A stretch of DNA of 64,000 bases from Spirochaetia bacterium UBA2205 (GTDB taxonomy: Bacteria; Spirochaetota; UBA4802; UB4802). The position numbers and the translations under genes are program-made. Of the stretch, positions 55,468 to 64,000 are shown piece after piece. Within the stretch, counting starts at the first letter, position 1; each line of letters starts with the position of its first letter. The stretch spans positions 109,173 through 173,172 of the forward strand of contig DCUV01000032.1 of NCBI GenBank assembly GCA_002328585.1, written 5' to 3'. The notes beneath the pieces are model-generated. The model was not told the DNA's origin. It searched no databases and worked only from the letters and a program-made list of their open reading frames with translations.

Positions 55468-55554
55468 GTCATCCTGAATCATGTCCTTAACTGGTTTCAG
55501 GATCATTTCAGGATATCAGTTAAAGAAAAGATGCTGAAACAAGTCCAGCATGAC
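55468..55554. repeat. REP-like / miniature inverted-repeat element with a nested unit
   Basis: GTCATCCTGAA...TTCAGGAT and ATGCTGAAACAAGTCCAGCATGAC in inverted orientation; an extra TCCTTAACTGGTTTCAGGA unit is nested in the first hairpin loop. Confidence 0.7.
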
Positions 55555-55598
55555 AGGGTCGAATAATTTTATTTTAGGGAGTTTGCATTAATAGAACT

Positions 55599-58064
55599 AT
55601 GTCAAATCGGATGGCTGAAATAGTATGCCTGGTGTTATGGGGTTTTGCCATAATTATCTTTTTGTCGCTTGTTAGCTTTCATATTTCCGACTATGAGGCG
55701 TTGGGCAATTCAACGGTAGGGAATGTATTAGGACCATTGGGTGTTATTATTGCGCAGGTTCTTCGCATCTCGTTTGGATTAACATCATATTGTACCGTGG
55801 CTATTCTGATTTTAACGGGTTGGGGATTAGCAAAATATAAATCTATAGAACCTGTGCTGGAGCATATCTTTTCACTGTCGTTTTGTATGGTTGTTGCTTC
55901 TCTTCTTGTGACCGTACTATATCCTGAAACCATCACTCCTTATACAGGCGGTATAGTAGGAATGGCATTATATCGTGTACTGATAACTATTATGGGATTA
56001 ACCGGTACATGGATAGTAACTATCACCCTGATGCTGATTTCCTTATTATTACTGGGTATTATATCATTAAGTTATATTTTAAATAACAATAGCATTGATT
56101 CATTGGCAAAGCTATTTGCCATTATTTATAAAAAAATAATCATCTTGAAACAAAAAGATTCAATCCCGCTGATTGATATTAAGCATTTTGATTCTGATAA
56201 AAAGTTACCGTGGATTACAAAAACAAAAATCACTATTTATAATAAAACTGGTAAAAAAAAGCCAAAACTGATTGAATATGACAACATCCTTAATGACAAT
56301 AACACCATCCCGGCTGCTATTGATGATTTAAACAAACTATCGATTATTATGCCATTGAAGGATATGCCTCCTATCCATGGTATGGGTGATAACACCAATG
56401 GATATGTTCAACAGCACATTGAAACAGCCTATATCGTACCAGATGCAGAAAACGAACAAGTTCCTGAAGCAACCAATGATGCAAATATAGCAATAAAAAT
56501 AAAGGATGATATTCCTCAATCCCGAGAAACTATCGAATTACCTGAATCAGATGAAATTGCTGAAAACACAATGCCCGATATAAGTGAAACTGATATTTAT
56601 GATGATCAAGTTAATGAAGAGATTAGCAATAACGAAGATATGGTTACGCGCAATGTATTTGAAGAAATACCTATCAATCAACACTACAGCATTCCGGTGG
56701 ATTACTTACGGCAGTACAACTCGCACGATGAAACTGGCTATAAGCAGGAGGTAGTAAAAAACTCTGAGCTGCTTGTAAATACTCTTAAAGATTTTGGCAT
56801 TGAATCAAGGGTTGTCAACGTTAATCGTGGTCCTGTTATTACCCTTTACGAGTTACAGATAGCTCCGGGTATTAAAGTTAACCGCATTGCAGGGCTTGCG
56901 GATGATATTGCCATGGCGCTTGCTGCATCGCGTGTTAGAGTTGTTGCACCAATCCCGGGCAAAAAAGCAATCGGCGTAGAGATCCCCAACAAGGTGCGGG
57001 AAACCGTTACTGTAAAAGATATTATTACATCACAGGAATATGCTCATCAATCAGGACGTCTTAAAGTGGGGCTTGGTAAAGATATCATGGGGAAACCGGT
57101 CATCATTGATCTAAAAAAACTCCCCCATCTTCTTATTGCCGGTGCAACCGGTGCAGGCAAATCGGTATGTGTACATTCTATCATAACGAGCCTTGTTTAC
57201 AACTATGACCCTAATTATGTCCGCTTTATTATGGTTGATCCGAAATTAGTGGAATTACAGGTTTATAATGGTATTCCTCATCTATTAACACCTGTCATTA
57301 TTGAGCCTTTTATGGTACCTAAAGCATTAAAGTGGACCATGTTAGAGATGGAGCGTCGCTACTACCTGCTTTCTGAATACAATACCCGTGATATTGACCG
57401 CTACAATCAGATGGTAGAGCGCAATAAAAGCGGTGAATATTTACCGTACATCGTTATTATTATGGATGAACTTGCCGACTTGATGATGGTTGCTGCTAAA
57501 GAGATAGAAGGATATATTACACGCATTGCTCAGAAAGCACGTGCTGTGGGCATTCATCTGGTACTTGCAACCCAGCGGCCGTCCGTTGATATTATTACCG
57601 GAATCATAAAAGCAAACTTCCCCGCTCGGATAGCATTTCAGGTTGCACAGAAGACTGATTCCCGAACCATCATTGATCAAAATGGTGCTGAAAAGCTACT
57701 GGGGAAGGGCGATATGCTCTACCAGTCGCCGATGAGCTCTTTTCCCATACGTATACAGGGTGCCTATATCTCTGAAGATGAGCTGTCATCAGTAGTGTTA
57801 TTCTTAAAGAAAATAGCCAATCCCCATTATGTTGACATTGAACAGAGCCTTGTGGAATTTGACGACGATGATGAGGAAAGTGAAGATGACCTTTTCATTG
57901 AGGCTGTGAAAATTGTTGAAACCACTAAAAAGGCATCAGCTTCATATCTTCAGCGACGTTTATCTATTGGTTACAACAGAGCAGCCCGCATCATTGAGCG
58001 GATGGAGGAATTAGGCTATATTGGTCCCCAGCAGGGAAGTAAACCACGAGAAGTATATATATAA
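55599..58064 (+). CDS. ftsK: DNA translocase FtsK
   Basis: N-terminal TMs, PHLLIAGATGAGKS, DELADLMM, ATQRPS and gamma-domain LQRRLSIGYNRAAR. Confidence 0.98.
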   Translation: MSNRMAEIVCLVLWGFAIIIFLSLVSFHISDYEALGNSTVGNVLGPLGVIIAQVLRISFGLTSYCTVAILILTGWGLAKYKSIEPVLEHIFSLSFCMVVASLLVTVLYPETITPYTGGIVGMALYRVLITIMGLTGTWIVTITLMLISLLLLGIISLSYILNNNSIDSLAKLFAIIYKKIIILKQKDSIPLIDIKHFDSDKKLPWITKTKITIYNKTGKKKPKLIEYDNILNDNNTIPAAIDDLNKLSIIMPLKDMPPIHGMGDNTNGYVQQHIETAYIVPDAENEQVPEATNDANIAIKIKDDIPQSRETIELPESDEIAENTMPDISETDIYDDQVNEEISNNEDMVTRNVFEEIPINQHYSIPVDYLRQYNSHDETGYKQEVVKNSELLVNTLKDFGIESRVVNVNRGPVITLYELQIAPGIKVNRIAGLADDIAMALAASRVRVVAPIPGKKAIGVEIPNKVRETVTVKDIITSQEYAHQSGRLKVGLGKDIMGKPVIIDLKKLPHLLIAGATGAGKSVCVHSIITSLVYNYDPNYVRFIMVDPKLVELQVYNGIPHLLTPVIIEPFMVPKALKWTMLEMERRYYLLSEYNTRDIDRYNQMVERNKSGEYLPYIVIIMDELADLMMVAAKEIEGYITRIAQKARAVGIHLVLATQRPSVDIITGIIKANFPARIAFQVAQKTDSRTIIDQNGAEKLLGKGDMLYQSPMSSFPIRIQGAYISEDELSSVVLFLKKIANPHYVDIEQSLVEFDDDDEESEDDLFIEAVKIVETTKKASASYLQRRLSIGYNRAARIIERMEELGYIGPQQGSKPREVYI

Positions 58065-58200
58065 ATTAATTTTTTGCATGACTTTTTCAACCACCTTTAG
58101 TATACTATCTACAAATGAAGTTACTTTATTGTTATTTTAGAAAAATGTAATGATACAATACGCTTCATTTTAATGTTAATATCATCCCACGTTTATCAGT

Positions 58201-59868
58201 ATGAGAGGGTCTATGAAATCCTTTAAAAAAGCGGTAGTTGTTTTGATAATTGGCATAGCATGTATAGCCAACGCTATACCAGGCAAAAAAGTAATAGGTG
58301 TCACTGCATTTACCAATCTTTCAAAAGATACAGCGTATGACTGGCTATGTATAGGTATTGCTGATACTATTTCGTATAAACTCAGAAATGTTCAGGAATA
58401 TATTCTTGTGGACCGCGTTAATGTTGATAAGATAATTGGCGAGTTACAGCTTTCGCAATCGGGACTTATAGATGAAAACACTGTAGAAGCAGGCAAAGCG
58501 TTAGGTGCAAGCATCCTGGTGGTTGGTAATTTCCAAAAATCTGGCAATCAAATTCGCATAACAGCAAAGATTGTAGATGTGCAGTCACATGCTGTTATTA
58601 ACCAGGTACAGGTAACAGGAACTATCAACGATATTTTTGGCCTGCAAGATTCAATTGCACTGGGAATCATTGATAAAAATGATACAGCTATTACCACTGA
58701 AACAAAAAATAAAATTGTTCAAAATGATACCAATAATATTAGTGCTTATGAATATTTTGTACGAGGACAAAAATATTTATTGTATCAGCTAAATTATTCA
58801 AAAGCCATCGAGATGTATCAGAAAGCCATCTCTATTGATGCCAATTATGCTGTTGCGTATGCCGGGCTTGGCAAAGCGTACTCGCTGCGTTCATGGGAAC
58901 TGAGAGAATATTACAACACCACTGATCCTGCACTCATTGAAAAATCATTTCAGAGCAGCAAAAAAGCGTTAGCCCTTAATACAAATTTAGACGAAGCTCA
59001 CCTTTCGTTAGCCCGTTATTATCAGGAAGTTGATGAAAAAAAGATAGCCAACAAATGGACATTATGTGAAGAAGAAACCCGAAAGGCTTTAGAAATTAAT
59101 GAAAATAATGGTGAAGCATATCTGCTGCTCAGTAAAATATTTGCCTATGATATTCCTAAATCTGAGATGTATTTAAAACAGGCTATTGAAAAGAACAAGT
59201 TTTTAGTGGATGCACATAATAATTTAGGAATTATCTTTTTAGACCGGGGAGATCTGGATACCGCATACTCATACATCAAAAACGCCATTGATATTGATGA
59301 CAACTATGTTATAGGCTATATGAATTTAGGTGTCATTTATGAAAAACGCGGGCAGTATGATAAGGCATTGGAAATGTACAAAATGGCTGTATCAAAATAC
59401 CCTAACTACATACTGGGGCTTAGAAATATGGGGATAGGATACCGTAATCTAAACAGGCTTGATGAAGCTCTGGAAACCTTCTTCAAAGCTTTAAAGTTAA
59501 AGAAGGATGATGCACAAACATTAAGCGAGATTGGATACGTATATCTATTAAAAGCTGAATATAACAAAGCAACAGATTACTTTAAACAATCGTTACGGTA
59601 TGATCCTTCATACCGGTATAGTTTAGCTAACATGGGATGGTGTCTGGTTCAACTGGGCAAAAATAATGACGCAGTACCTTATTTAGAAAAAGCTCATAAT
59701 GATAATAGCGACTATGCATGGCCAGCAGGATATTTAGGCTGGCTTTATGAAAATAAATTTCAGGATACAAACAAAGCTCTCTACTGGTACGGTGAAGCTT
59801 TAAAGCGTGATCCCAATAATCAGGATTACCGTAATGCCTATAACCGTTTATCAGGTAACTATCGCTAA
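58201..59868 (+). CDS. Secreted TolB-N/CsgG-like + TPR protein
   Basis: Signal peptide, AFTNLS..YDWL..GIADT, GNQIRITAKIVDV, then many TPRs. Confidence 0.78.
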   Translation: MRGSMKSFKKAVVVLIIGIACIANAIPGKKVIGVTAFTNLSKDTAYDWLCIGIADTISYKLRNVQEYILVDRVNVDKIIGELQLSQSGLIDENTVEAGKALGASILVVGNFQKSGNQIRITAKIVDVQSHAVINQVQVTGTINDIFGLQDSIALGIIDKNDTAITTETKNKIVQNDTNNISAYEYFVRGQKYLLYQLNYSKAIEMYQKAISIDANYAVAYAGLGKAYSLRSWELREYYNTTDPALIEKSFQSSKKALALNTNLDEAHLSLARYYQEVDEKKIANKWTLCEEETRKALEINENNGEAYLLLSKIFAYDIPKSEMYLKQAIEKNKFLVDAHNNLGIIFLDRGDLDTAYSYIKNAIDIDDNYVIGYMNLGVIYEKRGQYDKALEMYKMAVSKYPNYILGLRNMGIGYRNLNRLDEALETFFKALKLKKDDAQTLSEIGYVYLLKAEYNKATDYFKQSLRYDPSYRYSLANMGWCLVQLGKNNDAVPYLEKAHNDNSDYAWPAGYLGWLYENKFQDTNKALYWYGEALKRDPNNQDYRNAYNRLSGNYR

Positions 59869-59883
59869 AGGTTTAAACGATTC

Positions 59884-60882
59884 ATGAAAGAGGCTCAGTA
59901 TTATCACTTACACGGTGAGGACAGTGTGCAATGTGTATTATGTCCTCACAATTGTATCATCAAGGAAGGGAAAACAGGTATATGTGGTGTACGTCATAAT
60001 AAAGATGGTACACTATACTCTCTCATCTATGAAAAACCTTGCGCAGTACATGTTGACCCCATAGAAAAAAAACCGCTATACCATTTTATGCCAGGGAGCA
60101 AATCGTATTCACTGGGCACCGTAGGATGCAATCTCAAATGTATGCATTGCCAAAACTGGGAATTATCTACCAGCCTGCCTGGAGAAGTTTTTTGCAATAC
60201 GCTTACCTCTGATGATTGCGTAAAGTTAGCGTTGCAATATGAATGTGCTTCTATATCGTATACCTATAATGAACCAGGAATAAACTTTGAGTATGTTCTT
60301 GAAACTGCCATAAAAGCCCATGAAAAGGGTATAAAAAATGTGATGGTTACCAATGGCTATATCAATGAAGAGCCTCTTCGTGAACTGTACCAGCATATAG
60401 ACGCGGCAAATGTTGATCTAAAGGCATTTGATGATGACTTTTATAAAACAGTATGCAAAGCAAGGCTGCAACCTGTTTTAAAAACATTAACCATCCTTAA
60501 AGAGATGAATGTATGGATTGAGGTTACCAATCTTGTTATACCAACCTATAATGACGACAGCAAGTCAACCCAAATGCTTGTTGACTGGTTTGTGGAGCAC
60601 CTGGGTACACAGACGCCACTCCATTTTACCGCCTTTCACCCATCCCACAGGATGACAGGGGTTCCCCCTACTTCCCTTCGACTTTTAAAAAATGCTTACG
60701 ATATAGCATATCGCTCAGGGATACACTATATTTACTTAGGTAATATACGGGAACGTTCAATAACACGATGCCCCTCATGTGGACGGGACCTGATTATCCG
60801 TAGCGGCTTTCATGTCATGCGCACCAACCTCCATGACGGTAAATGTATATGTGGTGAAGCTATTCCAGGAGTTTGGCGATAG
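59884..60882 (+). CDS. amrS: AmmeMemoRadiSam system radical SAM enzyme
   Basis: C.LCPH.C, DPIEKKPLYHF, CNLKCMHCQN and YTYNEP motifs. Confidence 0.9.
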   Translation: MKEAQYYHLHGEDSVQCVLCPHNCIIKEGKTGICGVRHNKDGTLYSLIYEKPCAVHVDPIEKKPLYHFMPGSKSYSLGTVGCNLKCMHCQNWELSTSLPGEVFCNTLTSDDCVKLALQYECASISYTYNEPGINFEYVLETAIKAHEKGIKNVMVTNGYINEEPLRELYQHIDAANVDLKAFDDDFYKTVCKARLQPVLKTLTILKEMNVWIEVTNLVIPTYNDDSKSTQMLVDWFVEHLGTQTPLHFTAFHPSHRMTGVPPTSLRLLKNAYDIAYRSGIHYIYLGNIRERSITRCPSCGRDLIIRSGFHVMRTNLHDGKCICGEAIPGVWR

Positions 60883-60888
60883 TTACTG

Positions 60889-61170
60889 TTAATGGGATTC
60901 TATCTGGTAAAGTTCATCCTTGACCGGTAATGCTTTCCTCAAATTTTTTATGTAGGGATAGAGGTCACCTGTCTCGGTATAGTAATCGCATTCGTCCATT
61001 GTACGCCGAGCGACTGTAAAATATTTGTGAACTTTTTCTTCGCCCGAGCGTTTCAGCCATTGTTTTTTATTGCATCGCACACGAAGAACAAATGTTTTGC
61101 TGTCACCTTCATAATGTCTGAAAACAGTACAATACAAACAATTAGCACAATATACCTTATTTTCTTCCAT
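60889..61170 (-). CDS. Small Cys-rich hypothetical protein
   Basis: CANCLYC...C...C pattern; AGGAG RBS upstream. Confidence 0.72.
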   Translation of the reverse strand: MEENKVYCANCLYCTVFRHYEGDSKTFVLRVRCNKKQWLKRSGEEKVHKYFTVARRTMDECDYYTETGDLYPYIKNLRKALPVKDELYQIESH

Positions 61171-61319
61171 GTATCATCTCCTGTTATAATATTACTATTT
61201 TTTCTTTAGTAGTTATATGATATGTTTTATATATAGCATAAATAATAAAAAAATCAAGTGCTATCCATGTGGTTTATCACCATCATTATGATGGTTTATT
61301 TTTGCAAGCATTTTTTCTT

Positions 61320-61751
61320 TCATTTCTTTATTGCAAATGTCACCGTAACAACGGCAATCAATTCATTCCCTTCATTATAGGCATCAACCTGCCACACCGA
61401 TAAATTGTTGCCTTTTGATACAACCTTTGCCTTTGCCACCACTGTCCCTGAAACAGCAGTTTTAACAAAAGAAACATAGATACTTACGGTAGTAATATTT
61501 ATTGCTTCATACAGATAACCGCATCCTATAATCGCAACAGTATCTGCCAGTGTTACGATTACACCACCGTGCACAATACCAGCAGGGTTGAGTAATTCTT
61601 TTTTAATAACTATCTCACCGGTAGCATAGCCTTTCCCAATTTCTGTACAATATATCCCATTTTTTTCCAGAAAAGTTCCCTTTGCAAACTCATCCCATGA
61701 TAACGTTATGCCATTCTCTAAAGCAATAGTTTCCAATTTTGTGCCCTGCAT
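61320..61751 (-). CDS. PaaI family thioesterase
   Basis: LNPAGIVHGG...LAD motif; GGAGG RBS. Confidence 0.9.
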   Translation of the reverse strand: MQGTKLETIALENGITLSWDEFAKGTFLEKNGIYCTEIGKGYATGEIVIKKELLNPAGIVHGGVIVTLADTVAIIGCGYLYEAINITTVSIYVSFVKTAVSGTVVAKAKVVSKGNNLSVWQVDAYNEGNELIAVVTVTFAIKK

Positions 61752-61785
61752 GTAATACCTCCTTCATAATGAATACTTATACAAA

Positions 61786-62280
61786 TTATTCCCTTTTTTT
61801 GCTGGTTTTATCCAGAATGGTATATAATACCCTTATAAAGTTGTCATATGACTTTTTATCCACTTCGCTGAATGAATTCTGCATCACATTATAAACAATT
61901 TTAATCACATCAGATCGTATTGATAGACCTTTCTGAGTAAGACATATTCTGCACACTCTTCTATCATGTATATCATCTTCACGCTTTACTAAACCAGCAC
62001 GTTCCATGCGGTCAATAAGTCCTGTCATAGATGATGGTTCTAATCCTGCGCATCGCCCAAGATCAATAATCTTCATGCCATCTACTGTACCTAATTTTGC
62101 AAGTGATTCCTCCAGACCATATTCACGCCACAAACATAGCAAAATACCTATATATGCGGGATTAATATGTGTTAATCCTGCATTTTTTAAGGCTTTGCGC
62201 ACAACTGAATTGATTCCTAACCAAGTCTGGTTAATCAATATATAGAGATTTTCATATTGATTGGTATTTTCATTATTCAT
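61786..62280 (-). CDS. MarR family transcriptional regulator
   Basis: wHTH ..EPSSMTGLIDRMERAGLVKR..DRR. Start uncertain (62280 or 62310). Confidence 0.88.
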   Translation of the reverse strand: MNNENTNQYENLYILINQTWLGINSVVRKALKNAGLTHINPAYIGILLCLWREYGLEESLAKLGTVDGMKIIDLGRCAGLEPSSMTGLIDRMERAGLVKREDDIHDRRVCRICLTQKGLSIRSDVIKIVYNVMQNSFSEVDKKSYDNFIRVLYTILDKTSKKRE

Positions 62281-62597
62281 AGAATACTCATTAAACATTA
62301 GATTATGCACAATGCATCATTATTTATAAATGTTACCATAAGCTTCATTTAAAATTTTCATAATAAAATTTAGCACTACATCCCGATGAGTATTTTAAGT
62401 CTTTCCTGATATTATTTATCAGTATATTACTTATACGTATTATTGTCAAGCAAAATAGTACCGCCTCTATTTATTTACTATTTGCACAATAGCATCGCGC
62501 CTGAGGATGCCATGAGTATAACTGAATAGCTGATTTACTTAAAAATATTTATTTTCATGATATAATTTGATATAATTATCATTGAGAGGTTATAACA

Positions 62598-63719
62598 ATG
62601 TCCTATGCTTTTGAATTAGGTCCCATTCGTCCGCCATCTGAGGCGTACAGCATATTAATCCGCATAACACGCAACTGCCCCTGGAATAAGTGTGCATTCT
62701 GTCATACCTATAAAGGACAACCCTTTTCCCGCAGAGCCATTGAAGATATACTCAACGATATTGATTCTATCCATACCATTGCACAGCGTATTGGTGAAGT
62801 TGCCGGCAACACAATCACACAGCAAACATTGCAAAAAGCAAAAGGAAATGATGATACACCGTTGTATTACTATGAGCAGGTTGCATTCTGGATGTCTTAT
62901 GGTTTTAAGTCGGTTTTTTTACAGGACGCAAATTCACTGGTGTTATCAACCAGGGATATGGCAACCATCCTTCAGCATATTACCAGCCGTTTTCCTGCTG
63001 TTGAACGCATTACTACCTACGCACGTGCCAGTACCATCAGCAAAAAGTCGCTTGAAGATTTAAAAGCCATACGACAGGCAGGATTATCCCGACTTCACAT
63101 CGGGATGGAATCAGGCTCTGACCCCGTGCTTCAACTGGTAAAAAAAGGAACTACACAGGCACAGCTCATAGATGCAGGACAAAAAGCCATGCAGGCAAAC
63201 TTTGATGTATCGTACTATTACATGCCCGGACTGGGTGGCAAAGAATATATGGAAGAAAATGCCATCCAGAGCGCGACAGTTATTAACACGGTTAATCCAA
63301 CATTTGTACGACTGCGCAGCACCGTTCCCATACCGGGAACTCCACTCTATGACATGATGCAAAAAGGTCAGTGGACACCTCTATCCGAGATTCAGAAGGT
63401 TCAGGAGATACGCACATTTATAGAGCATTGTAATGGAATCACCAGCACCTTAAAAAGCGATCACATAATGAATCTGCTTGAAGATGTTGAAGGGACATTC
63501 CCTCATGATAAAGCAACAATGCTCTCCAGGATTGATGAGTTCCTCTCAATGAAAAAAGAGGATCAGGATAAATTTATTATTGGTAGAAGAATTGGGATGT
63601 ATCGCTATCTATCCGATTACTATCCCAATTTTAAGATTGATCAGCTTTACTATGCCATAGTAAAAAACTATCAAAATGTTGATGCTGCAATGCTGGAGAT
63701 ACTCAAAGATTATGTATAG
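62598..63719 (+). CDS. Radical SAM protein
   Basis: IRPPSEA, CPWNKCAFC, FLQDAN and HIGMESG motifs. Confidence 0.88.
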   Translation: MSYAFELGPIRPPSEAYSILIRITRNCPWNKCAFCHTYKGQPFSRRAIEDILNDIDSIHTIAQRIGEVAGNTITQQTLQKAKGNDDTPLYYYEQVAFWMSYGFKSVFLQDANSLVLSTRDMATILQHITSRFPAVERITTYARASTISKKSLEDLKAIRQAGLSRLHIGMESGSDPVLQLVKKGTTQAQLIDAGQKAMQANFDVSYYYMPGLGGKEYMEENAIQSATVINTVNPTFVRLRSTVPIPGTPLYDMMQKGQWTPLSEIQKVQEIRTFIEHCNGITSTLKSDHIMNLLEDVEGTFPHDKATMLSRIDEFLSMKKEDQDKFIIGRRIGMYRYLSDYYPNFKIDQLYYAIVKNYQNVDAAMLEILKDYV

Positions 63720-63814
63720 TTCTTAGTATTCTGAGTCAAATTCATTCATTTCATTTGTTATAAAATGTTATAAAAGCAACAGAATCAAAAATTCTTCCTT
63801 TTGCATAATTAAAT

Positions 63815-64000
63815 TCAGGCATTGGTCAAATCCTTCAAATTATTTTCAATGATTTGTTTTTGCCAGGTAAGCCCAAATATACTAAAGTCCTCCATCTGAG
63901 CAATTGCTTTCATACGGACATCTACATAATAAGTAAAATCTTCAAAATAAACCGGGATGCCTTTCACAATTGCATTATAGTGTAGCATTGGTCTGGACAA
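63815..64000 (-). CDS. 3' end of an unidentified CDS running off the window
   Basis: Frame open from the window edge to a stop at 63815; no recognisable motif. Confidence 0.5.
   Translation of the reverse strand: MSRPMLHYNAIVKGIPVYFEDFTYYVDVRMKAIAQMEDFSIFGLTWQKQIIENNLKDLTNA

Noticed and set aside
62302..62320. ATGCA-caa-TGCAT palindrome upstream of marR as an operator
   Set aside because: Plausible but short and imperfect; not supportable without homologous loci.
1..64000. CRISPR array, prophage, integron or IS element
   Set aside because: No regularly spaced direct repeats and no integrase, transposase or phage genes seen.

Overview
Core-chromosome window from an AT-rich bacterium, probably a Spirochaetota (Leptospira-like L1 loop; inference). 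It starts with the tRNA-Thr/rpmG-secE-nusG-rplKAJL-rpoBC cluster on the minus strand. Housekeeping and envelope genes follow: hisIG, ileS-lspA, xseAB, pyk, acs, split purH, rRNA methyltransferases, nhaC, pepF, paaK, queD, rlpA and dut-rnj-uppP-ftsK. It also holds c-di-GMP enzymes, a membrane PP2C-TPR phosphatase, two radical SAM enzymes, tRNA-Val(CAC), an AT-rich Type II R-M pair and degenerate REP-like repeats. I saw no CRISPR array, integrase or transposase. The most striking unexplained signal is a dispersed non-palindromic word, consensus (TTTG)GCGATAGT(T). I counted at least 20 exact 8-mer copies by eye, on both strands and in several reading frames, a pattern like a DNA-uptake-sequence or HIP1-type genomic signature. 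Other points of interest: a DegT-fold protein lacking the PLP lysine, a 50-aa Lys-terminated lipoprotein missed by the ORF track, and a TetR-CmpB-HD operon with a clear operator.
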